DNA from: an uncultured delta proteobacterium
Lineage (GTDB): Bacteria > Desulfobacterota > Binatia > UBA9968
Direction: 5' to 3'
Assembly (NCBI GenBank): GCA_963745835.1
Contig: CAVUZH010000003.1
Location: forward strand, 1-64,000
Length of the DNA: 64,000 nucleotides
The notes under the pieces are model-generated. The model did no database searches and had not been told where the DNA came from. It worked only from the letters and a program-made list of their open reading frames with translations. Both the position numbers and the translations under genes were made by a program. Of the stretch, positions 31,733 through 42,223 are shown one piece after another. Every line of letters starts with the position of its first letter. The stretch's first letter is position 1.

Positions 31733-31880
31733 GACCGGTAATGTAAGGAACGGTGAGGTCGGTCGAATGTCTCCCGCTCTGCTGATCGGCTGTGAGCCCT
31801 CGGACGATAAGCGCCATTCGCCGGGGGCATTGCTATATCGCTTTGTCGCATTGTATCGATATTGAGGAGGGGTGATTGAT

Positions 31881-32306
31881 ATGGCCGTAGAGATTATCGA
31901 CTTGCTCCAGTTGGCTTATGAACAAAAGCGACGAAAGGTGGTTTTTAATACGCCGCGTTTGCATGCATGGGTGCATTACTATCCGAATCCCGGCGAGAGG
32001 GATGACATGCACTGGTCACAACGCGGACCAGACCTTTTATGTCATCGAAGGTGAATGCACGATGCATTTCCCTGATGGCGGTAAGGCGGTAATGAAACCT
32101 GGAATGGCTGCAACCATCACCGGGGATCTTTCTACCAGCTGGAAAACAGCGGCGATGGCCCAATGATCATGATGGGCAATCGATCCGGGCCTTCCGAAGC
32201 CATTCAGCACATAAACTATAAGCTCAGAAAAGACATCAAGAAACTCAGCAAAGAGGAACTGGAGCGCGGCAATATTCCCTCTCTGGCCATGCAGGCGAGA
32301 AGTTGA
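31881..32306 (+). pseudogene. Cupin-domain protein with two frameshifts (read error or pseudogene)
   Basis: Reconstructs as MAVEIIDLL...DDMH[C]HNADQTFYVIEGECTM...ITG[G]SFYQLENSGDGPMIMMGNRSG...; +1 near 32014 and -1 in a G run near 32123. Confidence 0.7.
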
Positions 32307-32585
32307 AAAATACCCGCATTGATAATCCCCAGTGGCCTCGAGTCCGACGGACATAAGCTCAGTTACGATCGTGGGGTTCAGCCGGGATTTTTCTCAAGTA
32401 AACTTACCTGAGCGTCGGTGACACTGAGTAGTCAAACCCGCTCGAAGATCTACCTGCGCGGCTACACTCTCACGGCGGTTCGTCAACTCGATCTATATTC
32501 GCTGCATCGGAGCTTTCCACAATAGTTGAACGCAGCAGCACCGTAGGACTGATCAGGTCGCAAAAGCAATCCGTTGTGCTTTTAC

Positions 32586-32614
32586 TTGACGGCTTAGTTT
32601 GATTTCTCTAGTGT
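32586..32614 (+). promoter_or_regulatory. Sigma70-like promoter
   Basis: TTGACG-17 bp-TAGTGT upstream of the SBP gene. Confidence 0.5.
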
Positions 32615-32651
32615 CGCAACGTTCTCGAGACGACAGATCGTGGAGGATGCT

Positions 32652-33647
32652 ATGAGGCAAGTGCTCTCAGGTGCTTTCATTATCGTAGTTTTGTTGGCTG
32701 GGGTTACTGCTAGAAACGCGCATGCGGCGCAACCATTAACTAAAGTCGTTATGACCACCGGCTCGTTTAGCGAGCGCGAGGCGGCCATGTACGTAGCCCA
32801 GGATCAAGGTATCTTCCGGCGCTATGGCTTGGACTTATCGTTTGTTCATGTCCGCAATGGTCCTGTCGGCATGGCCGCGCTCGCCGGCGGCGATACTCAG
32901 CTCCACGAAGGCTCCGCCACCGGCGCGGTGCTCGGTTCTGCCGCGGAAGGGACCGATCTCGTGTTCGTCGCCGGCCTGATCAATAAGCTGATCGGCAACA
33001 TCATGGCCTCGCCCAAAATAAAAGTGCCTTCTGACTTGAAGGGCAAAGTCATAGGCGTCACCAGTGCGAGCGGCGGCAGCTGGATGTTCACGACCCTGGC
33101 TCTCGAGTATTGGGGACTAGACGCCAAACGTGATGGCATTAGCTTTCGTATCCTGGGTGATGAATCGGTGCGCAGCCAAGCGCTCGTCAACGACAGCATC
33201 GCGGCAACCCATGTCGGCTATACCTTTGCCGCGCCGCTTAAAAGCCGCGGCTTTACCAATCTTGCCGATCTGGCGCAGTTGCCGATCCCTTTTCAAAGCA
33301 CCGGCGTATTGACCAAGCGCAGCTTCATCAAGGCATCCCCGGAAGTGGTTGAAAGCGTTCTCCGCAGCGTGGTAGATGCGATGGCCTTCATTGCTCAACC
33401 GGAAAACAAACCGGCCGTTCTCAAAAGCCTCGCCAAGGGACTTCGCTTGCCCAAAGTGGAGCAAGCTATCGAAGGCTACGAAAGTCTGCCTTTGTTATAT
33501 GACCGACGCATCTATCCGACGGTTGACGGCATACGCAACGTCATCCGGCTCCTCGGTCTCACCAACGACAAAATTCGCCGGTTAAAGGCCGAAGATCTCG
33601 TCGATGATCGGTTTGTAAGAAAGTTGGAAAAAGAAGGCCGCTTCTGA
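32652..33647 (+). CDS. Orphan NMT1/SsuA-like ABC substrate-binding protein
   Basis: Signal peptide, YVAQDQGIFRRYGLD, DLKGKVIG, LVDDRFVRKLEKEG. Confidence 0.88.
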   Translation: MRQVLSGAFIIVVLLAGVTARNAHAAQPLTKVVMTTGSFSEREAAMYVAQDQGIFRRYGLDLSFVHVRNGPVGMAALAGGDTQLHEGSATGAVLGSAAEGTDLVFVAGLINKLIGNIMASPKIKVPSDLKGKVIGVTSASGGSWMFTTLALEYWGLDAKRDGISFRILGDESVRSQALVNDSIAATHVGYTFAAPLKSRGFTNLADLAQLPIPFQSTGVLTKRSFIKASPEVVESVLRSVVDAMAFIAQPENKPAVLKSLAKGLRLPKVEQAIEGYESLPLLYDRRIYPTVDGIRNVIRLLGLTNDKIRRLKAEDLVDDRFVRKLEKEGRF

Positions 33648-33818
33648 GCGATGTCCCAAACGCATCTTATCGGTTGCTGATGCACGCACCGATTTGCGCC
33701 AGTGTTCTGCGGGCTTTCTACTAGGCTTGGATCTGGCGGATTAATAGGCTAAGTCGCCGCACCGGCCCTGGCGCGCGAAGGAGCATTACCAGTCTTCTCC
33801 GGCAGGAAATCGCCCATC

Positions 33819-35654
33819 CTAGGCAGCTTCGGGAAAAACGGGAAAATCCGCGCGTAATTGCTGCTTGGCCATCGCGGCATAGATGCCGCCTCGCCGGAGC
33901 AGTTCTTGATGGTTGCCGTGTTCGACGATCATTCCTTGATCCAAGACGTAAATGCGATCGCAGCTCATCACGGCAGCGATATGATGGCTGACCAGCACGA
34001 CCGTGTGCTTGGCTTTCAATGAACTCAAGGTGTCGATCACGACTTGCTCGTGTTCGGAGTCCAGAGCGCTGGTGGGTTCGTCGAGCACGAGGATCGGCGC
34101 TTTGGTGAGGAGCGCCCGCGCCAGAGCGATCCTTTGGCGCTGGCCGCCCGAAAGGTTCATACCTGAGTCGAGCAATGCTGTTTGGTACTGATCTGGCAAT
34201 GTTTCTATAAAGTTGGCCGCGCCTGCCAGGCGCGCCGCCTCGCGGATCTGTTCGAGTGTCGCCGTCGGGCAACCATAAGCAATGTTCTCGGCGATCGTCG
34301 TCGGTAGGAGCACGCTGTCCTGCAAGACCAAGGCGATATGACGACGGATGTCTTTCAGCTTTATCTGCCGCAGATCATGCTGATCCAGCTTTACCGTTCC
34401 GGCGGTCGGATCGTAAAAGCGTAATAACAAGTTGAGCAGAGTGCTCTTGCCGGCGCCGCTCGAGCCGACAAACGCGACGCTTTGCCCGGCTTCGATGTTC
34501 ACGTCGATGCGCTGGAGAATTTTTTGTTCGGAAGAGTATTCGAACCCGACCGCCTCTAGGATCAAGCTGCGCGGCTGGAGTGGCAGGAAAGTCGCGTCAG
34601 CTGCGTCGGTAACTAGCGCGTCGCGATCAAACACTTCAAATACGCGCCGGGCTCCGGCCAGGCCGCTTTCGAGGTTGAATCTGAAACCGGTTATCTGACA
34701 CAACGGATCGTAGATCATCCCGAGATAGGTCATAAAGATCATCAGTTCGCCCGGCGTCAATTGACGCCGGTGCAGAAGCACCCCGCCATAGGTCAGAATC
34801 AGCGATGCTCCGACGGCAAGAATGACGCCGACGCTCAAACCATAAGCCACTTCCTGCCGGTGGATACCGAACCAGGCGCGCACGCACCGCCGCGCGCTGG
34901 TGCCAAAGCGATGGTACTCATCTTCTTCGCGCCCGAACGCTTGGGTAAGAACGATGGCCGACATGGAACGCTGTACCGAGGTTGTAAACGCGCTATCAGA
35001 CTCTCGGGATTTTCGCGTCTTCTCGCTGAGCCGGCGCCCGAAGATGACATTGACCCACATCAGCGGTGGCGCTATCGACAAAGCGATCAAGGTCAACGTG
35101 CCGTTTCTTCCCATCAGTAATCCGACGATCACAAGGAGCGTGATGCCGGCGACCAGTAGGTTGATCATGACCGTAAGCACCGCCTGAAACCCCAAAGTAT
35201 CGGTGGTCAGCCGGAATAGAGAGTCGCTCATTGGCCGTGAACGATGATAATCGAGATGCATCCCTTGCAACTTGCGATACAAATCACCGCGCACTCGCAG
35301 TAAACCATTGTAGTGGATGCGCGGAGTGAGCAGGCGGCGCGCCATGGCGATCAACTCATGGGCAAACCGCAGTAGCAATGCCATGATCCCCAGGCCGATG
35401 ATGCGCCTTATCGGATCCTCCGGCAGCGGCGCCAAAAATAGCCGGTGCATCCAGTTCTCAGTGCTCGGTGTTCCCAGAGCGGAATCTACCAGCACCGCCA
35501 ACGGCCAGGCTTGCAGCAGTCCGAGAGCGGTCGAGCAGGCGGTGAGCGAGAAGAGAAAAAGGATTAGATGCAGATCCTCGCGAAAATAGCGGATGGCACG
35601 GTACACGTCTTGGAGTGTTTGCGACTTCAAGCCTTCGACGAGTTTATAGGTCAT
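33819..35654 (-). CDS. ABC exporter, fused permease/ATPase (MsbA-like)
   Basis: TM domain plus GSSGAGKST, LSGGQRQR, LDEPTSALD. Confidence 0.92.
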   Translation of the reverse strand: MTYKLVEGLKSQTLQDVYRAIRYFREDLHLILFLFSLTACSTALGLLQAWPLAVLVDSALGTPSTENWMHRLFLAPLPEDPIRRIIGLGIMALLLRFAHELIAMARRLLTPRIHYNGLLRVRGDLYRKLQGMHLDYHRSRPMSDSLFRLTTDTLGFQAVLTVMINLLVAGITLLVIVGLLMGRNGTLTLIALSIAPPLMWVNVIFGRRLSEKTRKSRESDSAFTTSVQRSMSAIVLTQAFGREEDEYHRFGTSARRCVRAWFGIHRQEVAYGLSVGVILAVGASLILTYGGVLLHRRQLTPGELMIFMTYLGMIYDPLCQITGFRFNLESGLAGARRVFEVFDRDALVTDAADATFLPLQPRSLILEAVGFEYSSEQKILQRIDVNIEAGQSVAFVGSSGAGKSTLLNLLLRFYDPTAGTVKLDQHDLRQIKLKDIRRHIALVLQDSVLLPTTIAENIAYGCPTATLEQIREAARLAGAANFIETLPDQYQTALLDSGMNLSGGQRQRIALARALLTKAPILVLDEPTSALDSEHEQVVIDTLSSLKAKHTVVLVSHHIAAVMSCDRIYVLDQGMIVEHGNHQELLRRGGIYAAMAKQQLRADFPVFPEAA

Positions 35655-36104
35655 CCTGATTGAAAATCTGCGGAAGTTTAGATCAATGTCGGAGTAGAAT
35701 ACCGGTGAAGGGGAGGTGGCTGCTTACCTAAAGGCGCACGCAAGGCTCCTCTGTATCTCCTGGTTAGAGTCTCTCGCTGGTGGTAGCGGCTGATTGCCCA
35801 TGTGAAATCGTATTATAAGAGGAGATCCAGGCGCTGAGAAGAAAAAACAATCCCCGGGCAATATTCACTCGAGCCTCGAACGGGGTTAACGCGTGTCAAG
35901 CTTTGGAGGAAGTTCGGTCGGCAGCGCTTGCGCCCCTTATGAGATTAGAGGAGGGAAAAGGGAGAAGATGTCTAAAAAAAGTGCGTATCGGACGTCTAGT
36001 TTCTGCTTTTACCGTCGGCAGATTCACTCTACTGAAGCGCGCCGCCACGGCTGGAGCAGCATATTTTTCTGCTCCAGCGGCGCCCGGGAAAATCGTGATC
36101 GATC

Positions 36105-36692
36105 CTATGTCGTAGGGCGTGCAGGTTGAACGACGAATCGGACGCGGCGATTTTTTTGCCAGCATTCTTCGGTCTGTTCCCGACAAACAGGAACTTCTTC
36201 GCCGTAGCTAATGCTTGACAGCCGATCGGCGGAAGTCCCGAGAGTCACTAAATAGTCTTTCACACTCTCGGCACGACGCGAGCCCAGAGCTACATTGTAC
36301 TCTGTGGTTCCTCGCTCGTCGCAATGTCCCTCGATCTGAACTTGCGCCGACGGATTCGCTTTCAACCAGGCCGAGTTTGCCTTCAGGATTTCACGGGAGT
36401 CCGCGCGCAGGTCGTAACGGTCGAAGTCAAAGTAAACATCTTTCAAAGGACTGGACGCAGGGGTCGCGGTTGACTCACCGCGTTGAAGTGCATCGAGGCT
36501 CGAAGATGGCGGCGCTTTTGTCGTTGATTCGGTCGTTTTACCGGAATCGACTTTTTTCTTGGTCTCGGCCGTGGCCGGAGTGGCAGCGGCCGCCGCAGAC
36601 GGTTCAGGCTTATCGGCGGTGGAAGAGCATCCGGCAAACGCGAGGGCGCCGGAGAGAATGATCATCAATGATAAGGTTCGTACGTAGCTCAT
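36105..36692 (-). CDS. pal: Peptidoglycan-associated lipoprotein
   Basis: Lipobox FAGC; YFDFD, EGHCDERGTTEYNVALGSRRA, SYGEE, NRR. Confidence 0.92.
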   Translation of the reverse strand: MSYVRTLSLMIILSGALAFAGCSSTADKPEPSAAAAATPATAETKKKVDSGKTTESTTKAPPSSSLDALQRGESTATPASSPLKDVYFDFDRYDLRADSREILKANSAWLKANPSAQVQIEGHCDERGTTEYNVALGSRRAESVKDYLVTLGTSADRLSSISYGEEVPVCREQTEECWQKNRRVRFVVQPARPTT

Positions 36693-36832
36693 ACCTTTTT
36701 ACCTCCTGCTTTCACGTTATCAGTTTGGCTGGCATTTAGGCGCGGCAGAAGAAGCTATTAATCCTGTCATAGCGTCTGTAAGCATCAGAAAACGGGTAGT
36801 CAAGATCAATGTACAACATCGCGGGCAGACAA

Positions 36833-37930
36833 TCATCTGCTTTGTGACAGAGCGCGCAAATACTCCACCCCGGATTTGAAATCTTCGAATAGTTTCTTGA
36901 CGCCGTCCTTGACGATTCGGTCGGCGGCTTCGCCGGTGATTGGGTCCGGTGCCTCGCCGAGCGCCTTTTCGAAATCGGCGCGGAATTCGGGATCCTGGGT
37001 CATTTTCGCAAACGCCTGACTTAGCGTTGTGATCCGATCGCGTGGGGTGCCAGGATGCAGGCCAACCGAATATTGGAAAGCCTGCGGGATTACCGCCGCC
37101 TTCCAAGCTTCCCACCGGGGTCCGTGTTTTTTCTCCTTGGGCAATACCTCGTCCAGATTCGGCACGTGCGGCAACAGCTTCGAGCGCGTAAAGCTTTCGT
37201 CCGTGCCGATGATTCCGGTTTGCCAGAGAACCGCTGCCGTACCGCTCTTTTCCCTCGGCTGTATGTTGGCCTGGTAACCATCCTGCGGATCTTCGAACAT
37301 GTGGATCTCTCCCTTTTCGAATGCCAAGAGGAGATCCGATGAACCTTTGTAACCGTTGACCCAAGTATGCTCGACGCCATAGAGTTCCAATGCGAGTTTG
37401 GGCCTTATGCTTCTCAAGCTCGACACTCCCGAGCCGCCGACCCGCAACGGCATGCCTACCTTGAGAATATCCTGCGCCTTCTTCAAACCGGTGGTGTTCG
37501 GGTTGGCGACGGTAAGCCAGCTGTCGGCACCGAGCCATATGATCGGCACCTGGCGGATATCGTATTTGACACTAGCGCTGCTGGTCAAAAAAGTGTTCAT
37601 CACCGTGCTGGACGGGAAATGGAGCAAGGTTAAACCGTCCGGTTTCGCCACGCTGAAAACATGGTTGGCGGCAACGAGCCCTCCAGCGCCCACCGTGTTT
37701 TGAACCACGATCGATGGATTTCCTGGAATGTATCTCGACAGATGACGCGCGAACAGGCGCGCCCGGATATCGATCGTGCCGCCGGGCGCAAACCCGGCAA
37801 TGACGCTGACGGTCTTACCCGAGTAAAACGGTTGCTCGGCGGTGAATCCGGGGAGTGTCGATAACCAGCCAACCAGCGCATATCCAAGCGCGATGACAAG
37901 CATCCTCGACCGTATTGTTGAAATTCGCAT
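36833..37930 (-). CDS. Tripartite tricarboxylate transporter (Bug/TctC) substrate-binding protein
   Basis: FYSGKTV, GFAPGGTID, VQNTVGAGGLVAAN, KPDGLTL. Confidence 0.88.
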   Translation of the reverse strand: MRISTIRSRMLVIALGYALVGWLSTLPGFTAEQPFYSGKTVSVIAGFAPGGTIDIRARLFARHLSRYIPGNPSIVVQNTVGAGGLVAANHVFSVAKPDGLTLLHFPSSTVMNTFLTSSASVKYDIRQVPIIWLGADSWLTVANPNTTGLKKAQDILKVGMPLRVGGSGVSSLRSIRPKLALELYGVEHTWVNGYKGSSDLLLAFEKGEIHMFEDPQDGYQANIQPREKSGTAAVLWQTGIIGTDESFTRSKLLPHVPNLDEVLPKEKKHGPRWEAWKAAVIPQAFQYSVGLHPGTPRDRITTLSQAFAKMTQDPEFRADFEKALGEAPDPITGEAADRIVKDGVKKLFEDFKSGVEYLRALSQSR

Positions 37931-38169
37931 CGAAATCTCCCTACTCGCGGATTGTGAAGCGCTGCCCATCGAAACTCAAGTTGTCGAGCGAACCAGATTA
38001 GAAGTCAAGAAAAATCCGATGACCTCTACTTGAGCGACAAAGTTATCCCTAGGGCAGGAGGAAGAAGTTTTGAAAATGACTCGCGGGTGATCCTTAGATT
38101 GGCTTATTTGACACGAGTTAAACCTGATGAAAGAATCCGGATGCTTGGCAGGCGTGTGTCGAAAGGAGA

Positions 38170-38814
38170 GTGGTAGTGGCAGTTTTACAAAGTGAAGTTA
38201 TCCCGAAAAATTCCGGGCGGGCCTATATTGTCAAAAAAGGACAGAGACTGCGCATCGCCGGAAAGAGCATCGTTGATTTTGTCGCATTCAATCTCGACGA
38301 CTTGACCGAACGATTCGATCAGGCGCGGACCAAAACCAATCAGGTCAAAATCTTCATCACCACCGGGGACACTCTATTCTCAAAGCGCAACAACCCGATG
38401 CTGACCGTTGTTGAAGACACGTTTACCGAAGGGCGTCACGATCTTCAAAAAGGCATGTGCAGCCGCAAGCGCTTCGAGATGGTGGCTCAAGGGAAAGCGA
38501 AACGAGTGTTTGCCGAAGGTGTCGATATCAATCCTAAGGCGCCCGAAGAAATCCCGGACCATGGCTGTTTCGAAAATCTGAGCGATGCGCTGAAGCACTG
38601 GAAGATAGCGCCGGACGATATCCCCAGTCCGTTTAATATTTTTCAATGCATGCGCATCGATCCTGAAACGGGAATTATGTACGACACGATGATCCGCCCC
38701 AAGGAACAAGCCCATGTGGATTTTCGTGCCGAGATGGATTGTTTAGTTGCGGCTAGCGCTTGTCCCGAGTCGGGCAGAGGACAGGCAATCCGGGTGGAGA
38801 TCTATGATCAGTAG
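38170..38814 (+). CDS. Urea carboxylase-associated family protein (DUF1989)
   Basis: GQRLRI, VDFVAFN, HDLQKGMC, GCFENL, PFNIF, AEMDCLVAASACP. Confidence 0.88.
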   Translation: MVVAVLQSEVIPKNSGRAYIVKKGQRLRIAGKSIVDFVAFNLDDLTERFDQARTKTNQVKIFITTGDTLFSKRNNPMLTVVEDTFTEGRHDLQKGMCSRKRFEMVAQGKAKRVFAEGVDINPKAPEEIPDHGCFENLSDALKHWKIAPDDIPSPFNIFQCMRIDPETGIMYDTMIRPKEQAHVDFRAEMDCLVAASACPESGRGQAIRVEIYDQ

Positions 38815-38850
38815 GCAATGGCAGGCAGTATCTAACAAAACAGAAAATAC

Positions 38851-38919
38851 CGCAGAGCCACAGAGCAGAGAAACATCTGATCTCCTGAGAGCCAAACCTC
38901 TGCGCTCTGCGCTTCTGCG
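38851..38919. repeat. REP-like imperfect palindrome between convergent genes
   Basis: CGCAGAGCCACAGAGCAGAG ... CTCTGCGCTCTGCGCTTCTGCG. Confidence 0.6.
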
Positions 38920-38975
38920 CTGAAAAGCATTCTGCTTTCTTCGCAAACTTTACCCCGACTTCCACCCCCATCGCT

Positions 38976-39797
38976 TTAGTTACTAATCTCGAAGGTCAGT
39001 GCTTGCCGGGGCGCTTTTTGATAAGCCTCGAGACCCGCTTCGGCGGATTGGCCTTTTGCCGGAGTCATGAGCCGCGTACGCACGGAAAACTGCAGCGGGC
39101 TTTCGTCAAACGGATAAGGGGTCATCTTTACCGAGCCCGGCCCATTAGGTGTAATCTTTAACTCGGTTTCTTCGTTGCTGTCGTAAGCAATGCGAATCGG
39201 CGCAATCGCATACTCTTTGAACTCCTTCTCGGAAGCGTAGCCGTCGCAGCAGAAATAAAGTGATAGCAGGTCGAAAATCTGCAAGGTGCGGTAGTTGTGC
39301 CAGAGTTCGTCTTCGAAAGCAGGGTTTCCCGCCGCCAAAATTTTCTTGTATTGCTCCTGCTTGGCCTCTAACTCTTTTTTCGCATTTTGAACTTCCTGGC
39401 TTCTCTCGCGCACATTGCCGGCCGGTTTTGTAAAGACATTGTAACGGTTGTGCCACAAGCCGGTGCGATGCATCGACACGATCAACCCGGCGTAGAGGTC
39501 GTGTGAACAAAGCCAATCGACGTTTTTGGCATAGGCCTTTAATTCGACCGCTTCAAACGAGGGGATGTTTTCTCGATGCGCGTACGGCCGGCCTTTTTCG
39601 ACATTGATGGGAGGATTGCCTTCGAATTCACGATAGCCGCTGTCGTGATAGGTAGTGGCAAAGACCATTGTCTTATAGGGGCGGAGTTGCGAGAAGCGCG
39701 CGTTACCCCAGTGAGCGGCGAATTGCGCCGCTAGTTCGGCATGGTCTTCCTGTAGGCTGACGTAAGAACGGCCGTCTTTGAGTTCGCGTATAACCAT
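38976..39797 (-). CDS. DUF3891 family protein
   Basis: QEDHAELAAQFAAHWGN, HDSG, YAGLIVSMH, DLLSLYFC, PYPF. Confidence 0.85.
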   Translation of the reverse strand: MVIRELKDGRSYVSLQEDHAELAAQFAAHWGNARFSQLRPYKTMVFATTYHDSGYREFEGNPPINVEKGRPYAHRENIPSFEAVELKAYAKNVDWLCSHDLYAGLIVSMHRTGLWHNRYNVFTKPAGNVRERSQEVQNAKKELEAKQEQYKKILAAGNPAFEDELWHNYRTLQIFDLLSLYFCCDGYASEKEFKEYAIAPIRIAYDSNEETELKITPNGPGSVKMTPYPFDESPLQFSVRTRLMTPAKGQSAEAGLEAYQKAPRQALTFEISN

Positions 39798-40089
39798 GAT
39801 CGAAACTCCTTCTAATTATTTTTTTGCAGCATTCTAAAAACTCCAACTCTGCCGCGAGTTGCTGCAGTCGCTGTGGCGTGGGTTCGGCGATCTCGACACC
39901 TTCCGTTGTCCCATACACTCGCCTGCGTTGTCAGGCTAAGAGATTCAGATCCCCTGGGTCAGATAACCTTCGTCCCACGACCGGTTCATAGCTCATTTTG
40001 GATTGCCGGAGAAGCGGTTTGCGATTGTTGCCGATGCCCCGTTACTTGCATGAACAGAAAAATGCGATCACGCTGTCACTGGTTGATTG

Positions 40090-40545
40090 TCAGTCAATCC
40101 GACCATCCTCCGAACGCAAAGGAAGAATCAATGTACAGTGTCCGGTCAGGATTTGTCGATCCTCCTGATTCTTGCCTTCGAGCTCACAACTAATCCATGG
40201 GTTAGAAGAATCACTCGACTTTTCAGTAATCCGCGCGAAGAAACGCATGCTATCGCCCTCGAATGTCGAATAGGTGTGGCGCACGTTTATCTTGCGCAGC
40301 CAGCCTCGCGGGCCGATCCAATCCGTTAACATCCGGATAAGCAGCGCCTGGCGATAGGCGCCGCTCGCGATAAACGTTGGCAGCCCATTGTGCCGGCGCA
40401 CATGGTCACGATCAAAGTGCAGGTGCTGAACGTTTTCCTGCAACCCGGCCCACCGTACTGTGTCGACGATCGTGAGTGGGCCGTGCTCCCGCGGCGGAAT
40501 CGAATCACCAATTTGGACTTGATCAAAAAAAATCGTTTGTTGCAT
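40090..40545 (-). CDS. MaoC-like (hot-dog fold) dehydratase
   Basis: FFDQVQIGDSIP, HLHFD, MLTDWIG, NQEDRQI. Confidence 0.82.
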   Translation of the reverse strand: MQQTIFFDQVQIGDSIPPREHGPLTIVDTVRWAGLQENVQHLHFDRDHVRRHNGLPTFIASGAYRQALLIRMLTDWIGPRGWLRKINVRHTYSTFEGDSMRFFARITEKSSDSSNPWISCELEGKNQEDRQILTGHCTLILPLRSEDGRID

Positions 40546-40562
40546 GTTGCAAGCTTGGCTAC

Positions 40563-41678
40563 TTACGCTCCCGTGTTGAAGTTCTTGTGCTGCGGGGGAG
40601 CGTAGCCGAGTTCACTCAGGATCTCGTTGTTGTGTTGGCCCAGTCGCGGCGCCGGGGTAAGCTGGACGCCTGCTACCGTGGCGATCGCTCCCTGGGGAAA
40701 TATAATTCGGCCAAGCAGCGGATGGTTCATCTCTCTTAAAAAACCGCGCGCGACCAGTTGCGGATCATCGATCAGGTCGAGCGTCGTCGATACCGGCGAA
40801 GCAGGGAAGTGTCGACGCTGCGCTTCTTCCACCAATTCCTCTTTAGTGAAACGTTTCGCCCAGGTGTGCAGCCGATCCATAATGAAGTCGCGATGCTTGT
40901 GTTGGTTCTCTTCTTGGGCCAGCGATGGATCCGAGCTGAGGTTCGGATCCTGCACCCAGTTTACGAATTTGTCCCAGCGCCCCGGCCGGTGTATCTGGCT
41001 GATAACCCAATGGCCGTTCTTACACGGCAGGGCTCCGGAAATTGCAGTGATGGCCCCCTTGCTGCCGCGACGCTCGGTGATCGTTCCAGAAAAACTGTAC
41101 TCTACCATGGCCTGCTCGACGAAAGATTCTAACGATTGGCGCACCGACACGGTAGCGGCGATTCCGCGTCCGCAATTTCTAGCTGCCAGCAAAGCGGCGG
41201 CGGTGGCGACGCCGACATACGCCCCCACCGCTAGATACGGGATGTGAGCGCCTAAAATCATCGGAGCCTGATTCGGCTGACCGGTCAGTGATAGCAGTCC
41301 GGATCGCGCCATGGCGCAGATTTCCGGCGCGTCATTCTCAATTTTCGTAACAACAAGTTTTGGATTGGCGTCAAAGCAAAGTTGCTCGTCAATCGGCAAC
41401 CGCTCAGCAACCAGAACGTCACTTCGGCCGAGCAGATCAGTGAACAGTTTTAGGCCGGTGGCGGAATCCAGGTCGAGGGTAAGGCTCTTCTTACCAGCAT
41501 TTAAAAACTGGTGATACGCGCTGTGCTCCAAATCCCGTTTGTCGGCAAGAAAAGGGGGCAGGAGGCGCAAATCGTCGCCGTTCGCTTTTTCGATCCGGAT
41601 GACCTCGTGTCCTTCTTCGACAAAAAGCCGGGTGGCATAAGCTCCTATGATTCCGGTCAGGTCTATTATCCGCGTCAT
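40563..41678 (-). CDS. Class III CoA-transferase (CaiB/BaiF), degenerate subunit
   Basis: LNAGKKSLTLDL, DPQLVARGF, APRLGQHN. Confidence 0.85.
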   Translation of the reverse strand: MTRIIDLTGIIGAYATRLFVEEGHEVIRIEKANGDDLRLLPPFLADKRDLEHSAYHQFLNAGKKSLTLDLDSATGLKLFTDLLGRSDVLVAERLPIDEQLCFDANPKLVVTKIENDAPEICAMARSGLLSLTGQPNQAPMILGAHIPYLAVGAYVGVATAAALLAARNCGRGIAATVSVRQSLESFVEQAMVEYSFSGTITERRGSKGAITAISGALPCKNGHWVISQIHRPGRWDKFVNWVQDPNLSSDPSLAQEENQHKHRDFIMDRLHTWAKRFTKEELVEEAQRRHFPASPVSTTLDLIDDPQLVARGFLREMNHPLLGRIIFPQGAIATVAGVQLTPAPRLGQHNNEILSELGYAPPQHKNFNTGA

Positions 41679-42223
41679 CTATTGTGCCCTTCGGGGCGCT
41701 CGGAATAGGTCTTATCAGGAAAAACCGCAAGCGTATGGCGCCGACGCAAGACGATTTGCTCGTCCGGATTTAAAACTTGTTCTTCCTGGGTAATATAGAT
41801 GCCTAATCCGGCGCGGCCCTCGCGGGCGACGATGTCGACGATGCAGCTCCGGGTGAAAAGTTGCTCGCCGAGATAGACGGGCGCGATCCACTCGGTCTCG
41901 GATCCGGCATTACGTACGTTGGTATAGCCGGGCGGCAAGGGCAGCTGCCGCCGCAGGTCCATTGGATCCGCGTTAGCTCTTTCGGTGCTCTCTCTGAAGC
42001 TGAACGGAACCCAACCAACCAAGGTCGGTGGCAGAAGCTGGCCGCGATACCCGGCCGCCCGGGCAAACTGATCGTCGAGCCACAACCGATTTTCATCGCC
42101 GGTGGCATCGACATAACGGCGGACATCGGAGGCGCTGAGAACTTCCAGAGGCCGAGCCGGACTTTGCCGGCCAATCGAGGCGCGCAGTTCCGGCGTTATG
42201 ACGGAAGAGTTTATTTGGCTCAC
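41675..42223 (-). CDS. MaoC-dehydratase N-terminal (FAS1-like) domain protein
   Basis: VRRYVDATGDENRLWLD, PPT, NAGSETEW. Confidence 0.82.
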   Translation of the reverse strand: MSQINSSVITPELRASIGRQSPARPLEVLSASDVRRYVDATGDENRLWLDDQFARAAGYRGQLLPPTLVGWVPFSFRESTERANADPMDLRRQLPLPPGYTNVRNAGSETEWIAPVYLGEQLFTRSCIVDIVAREGRAGLGIYITQEEQVLNPDEQIVLRRRHTLAVFPDKTYSERPEGHNR

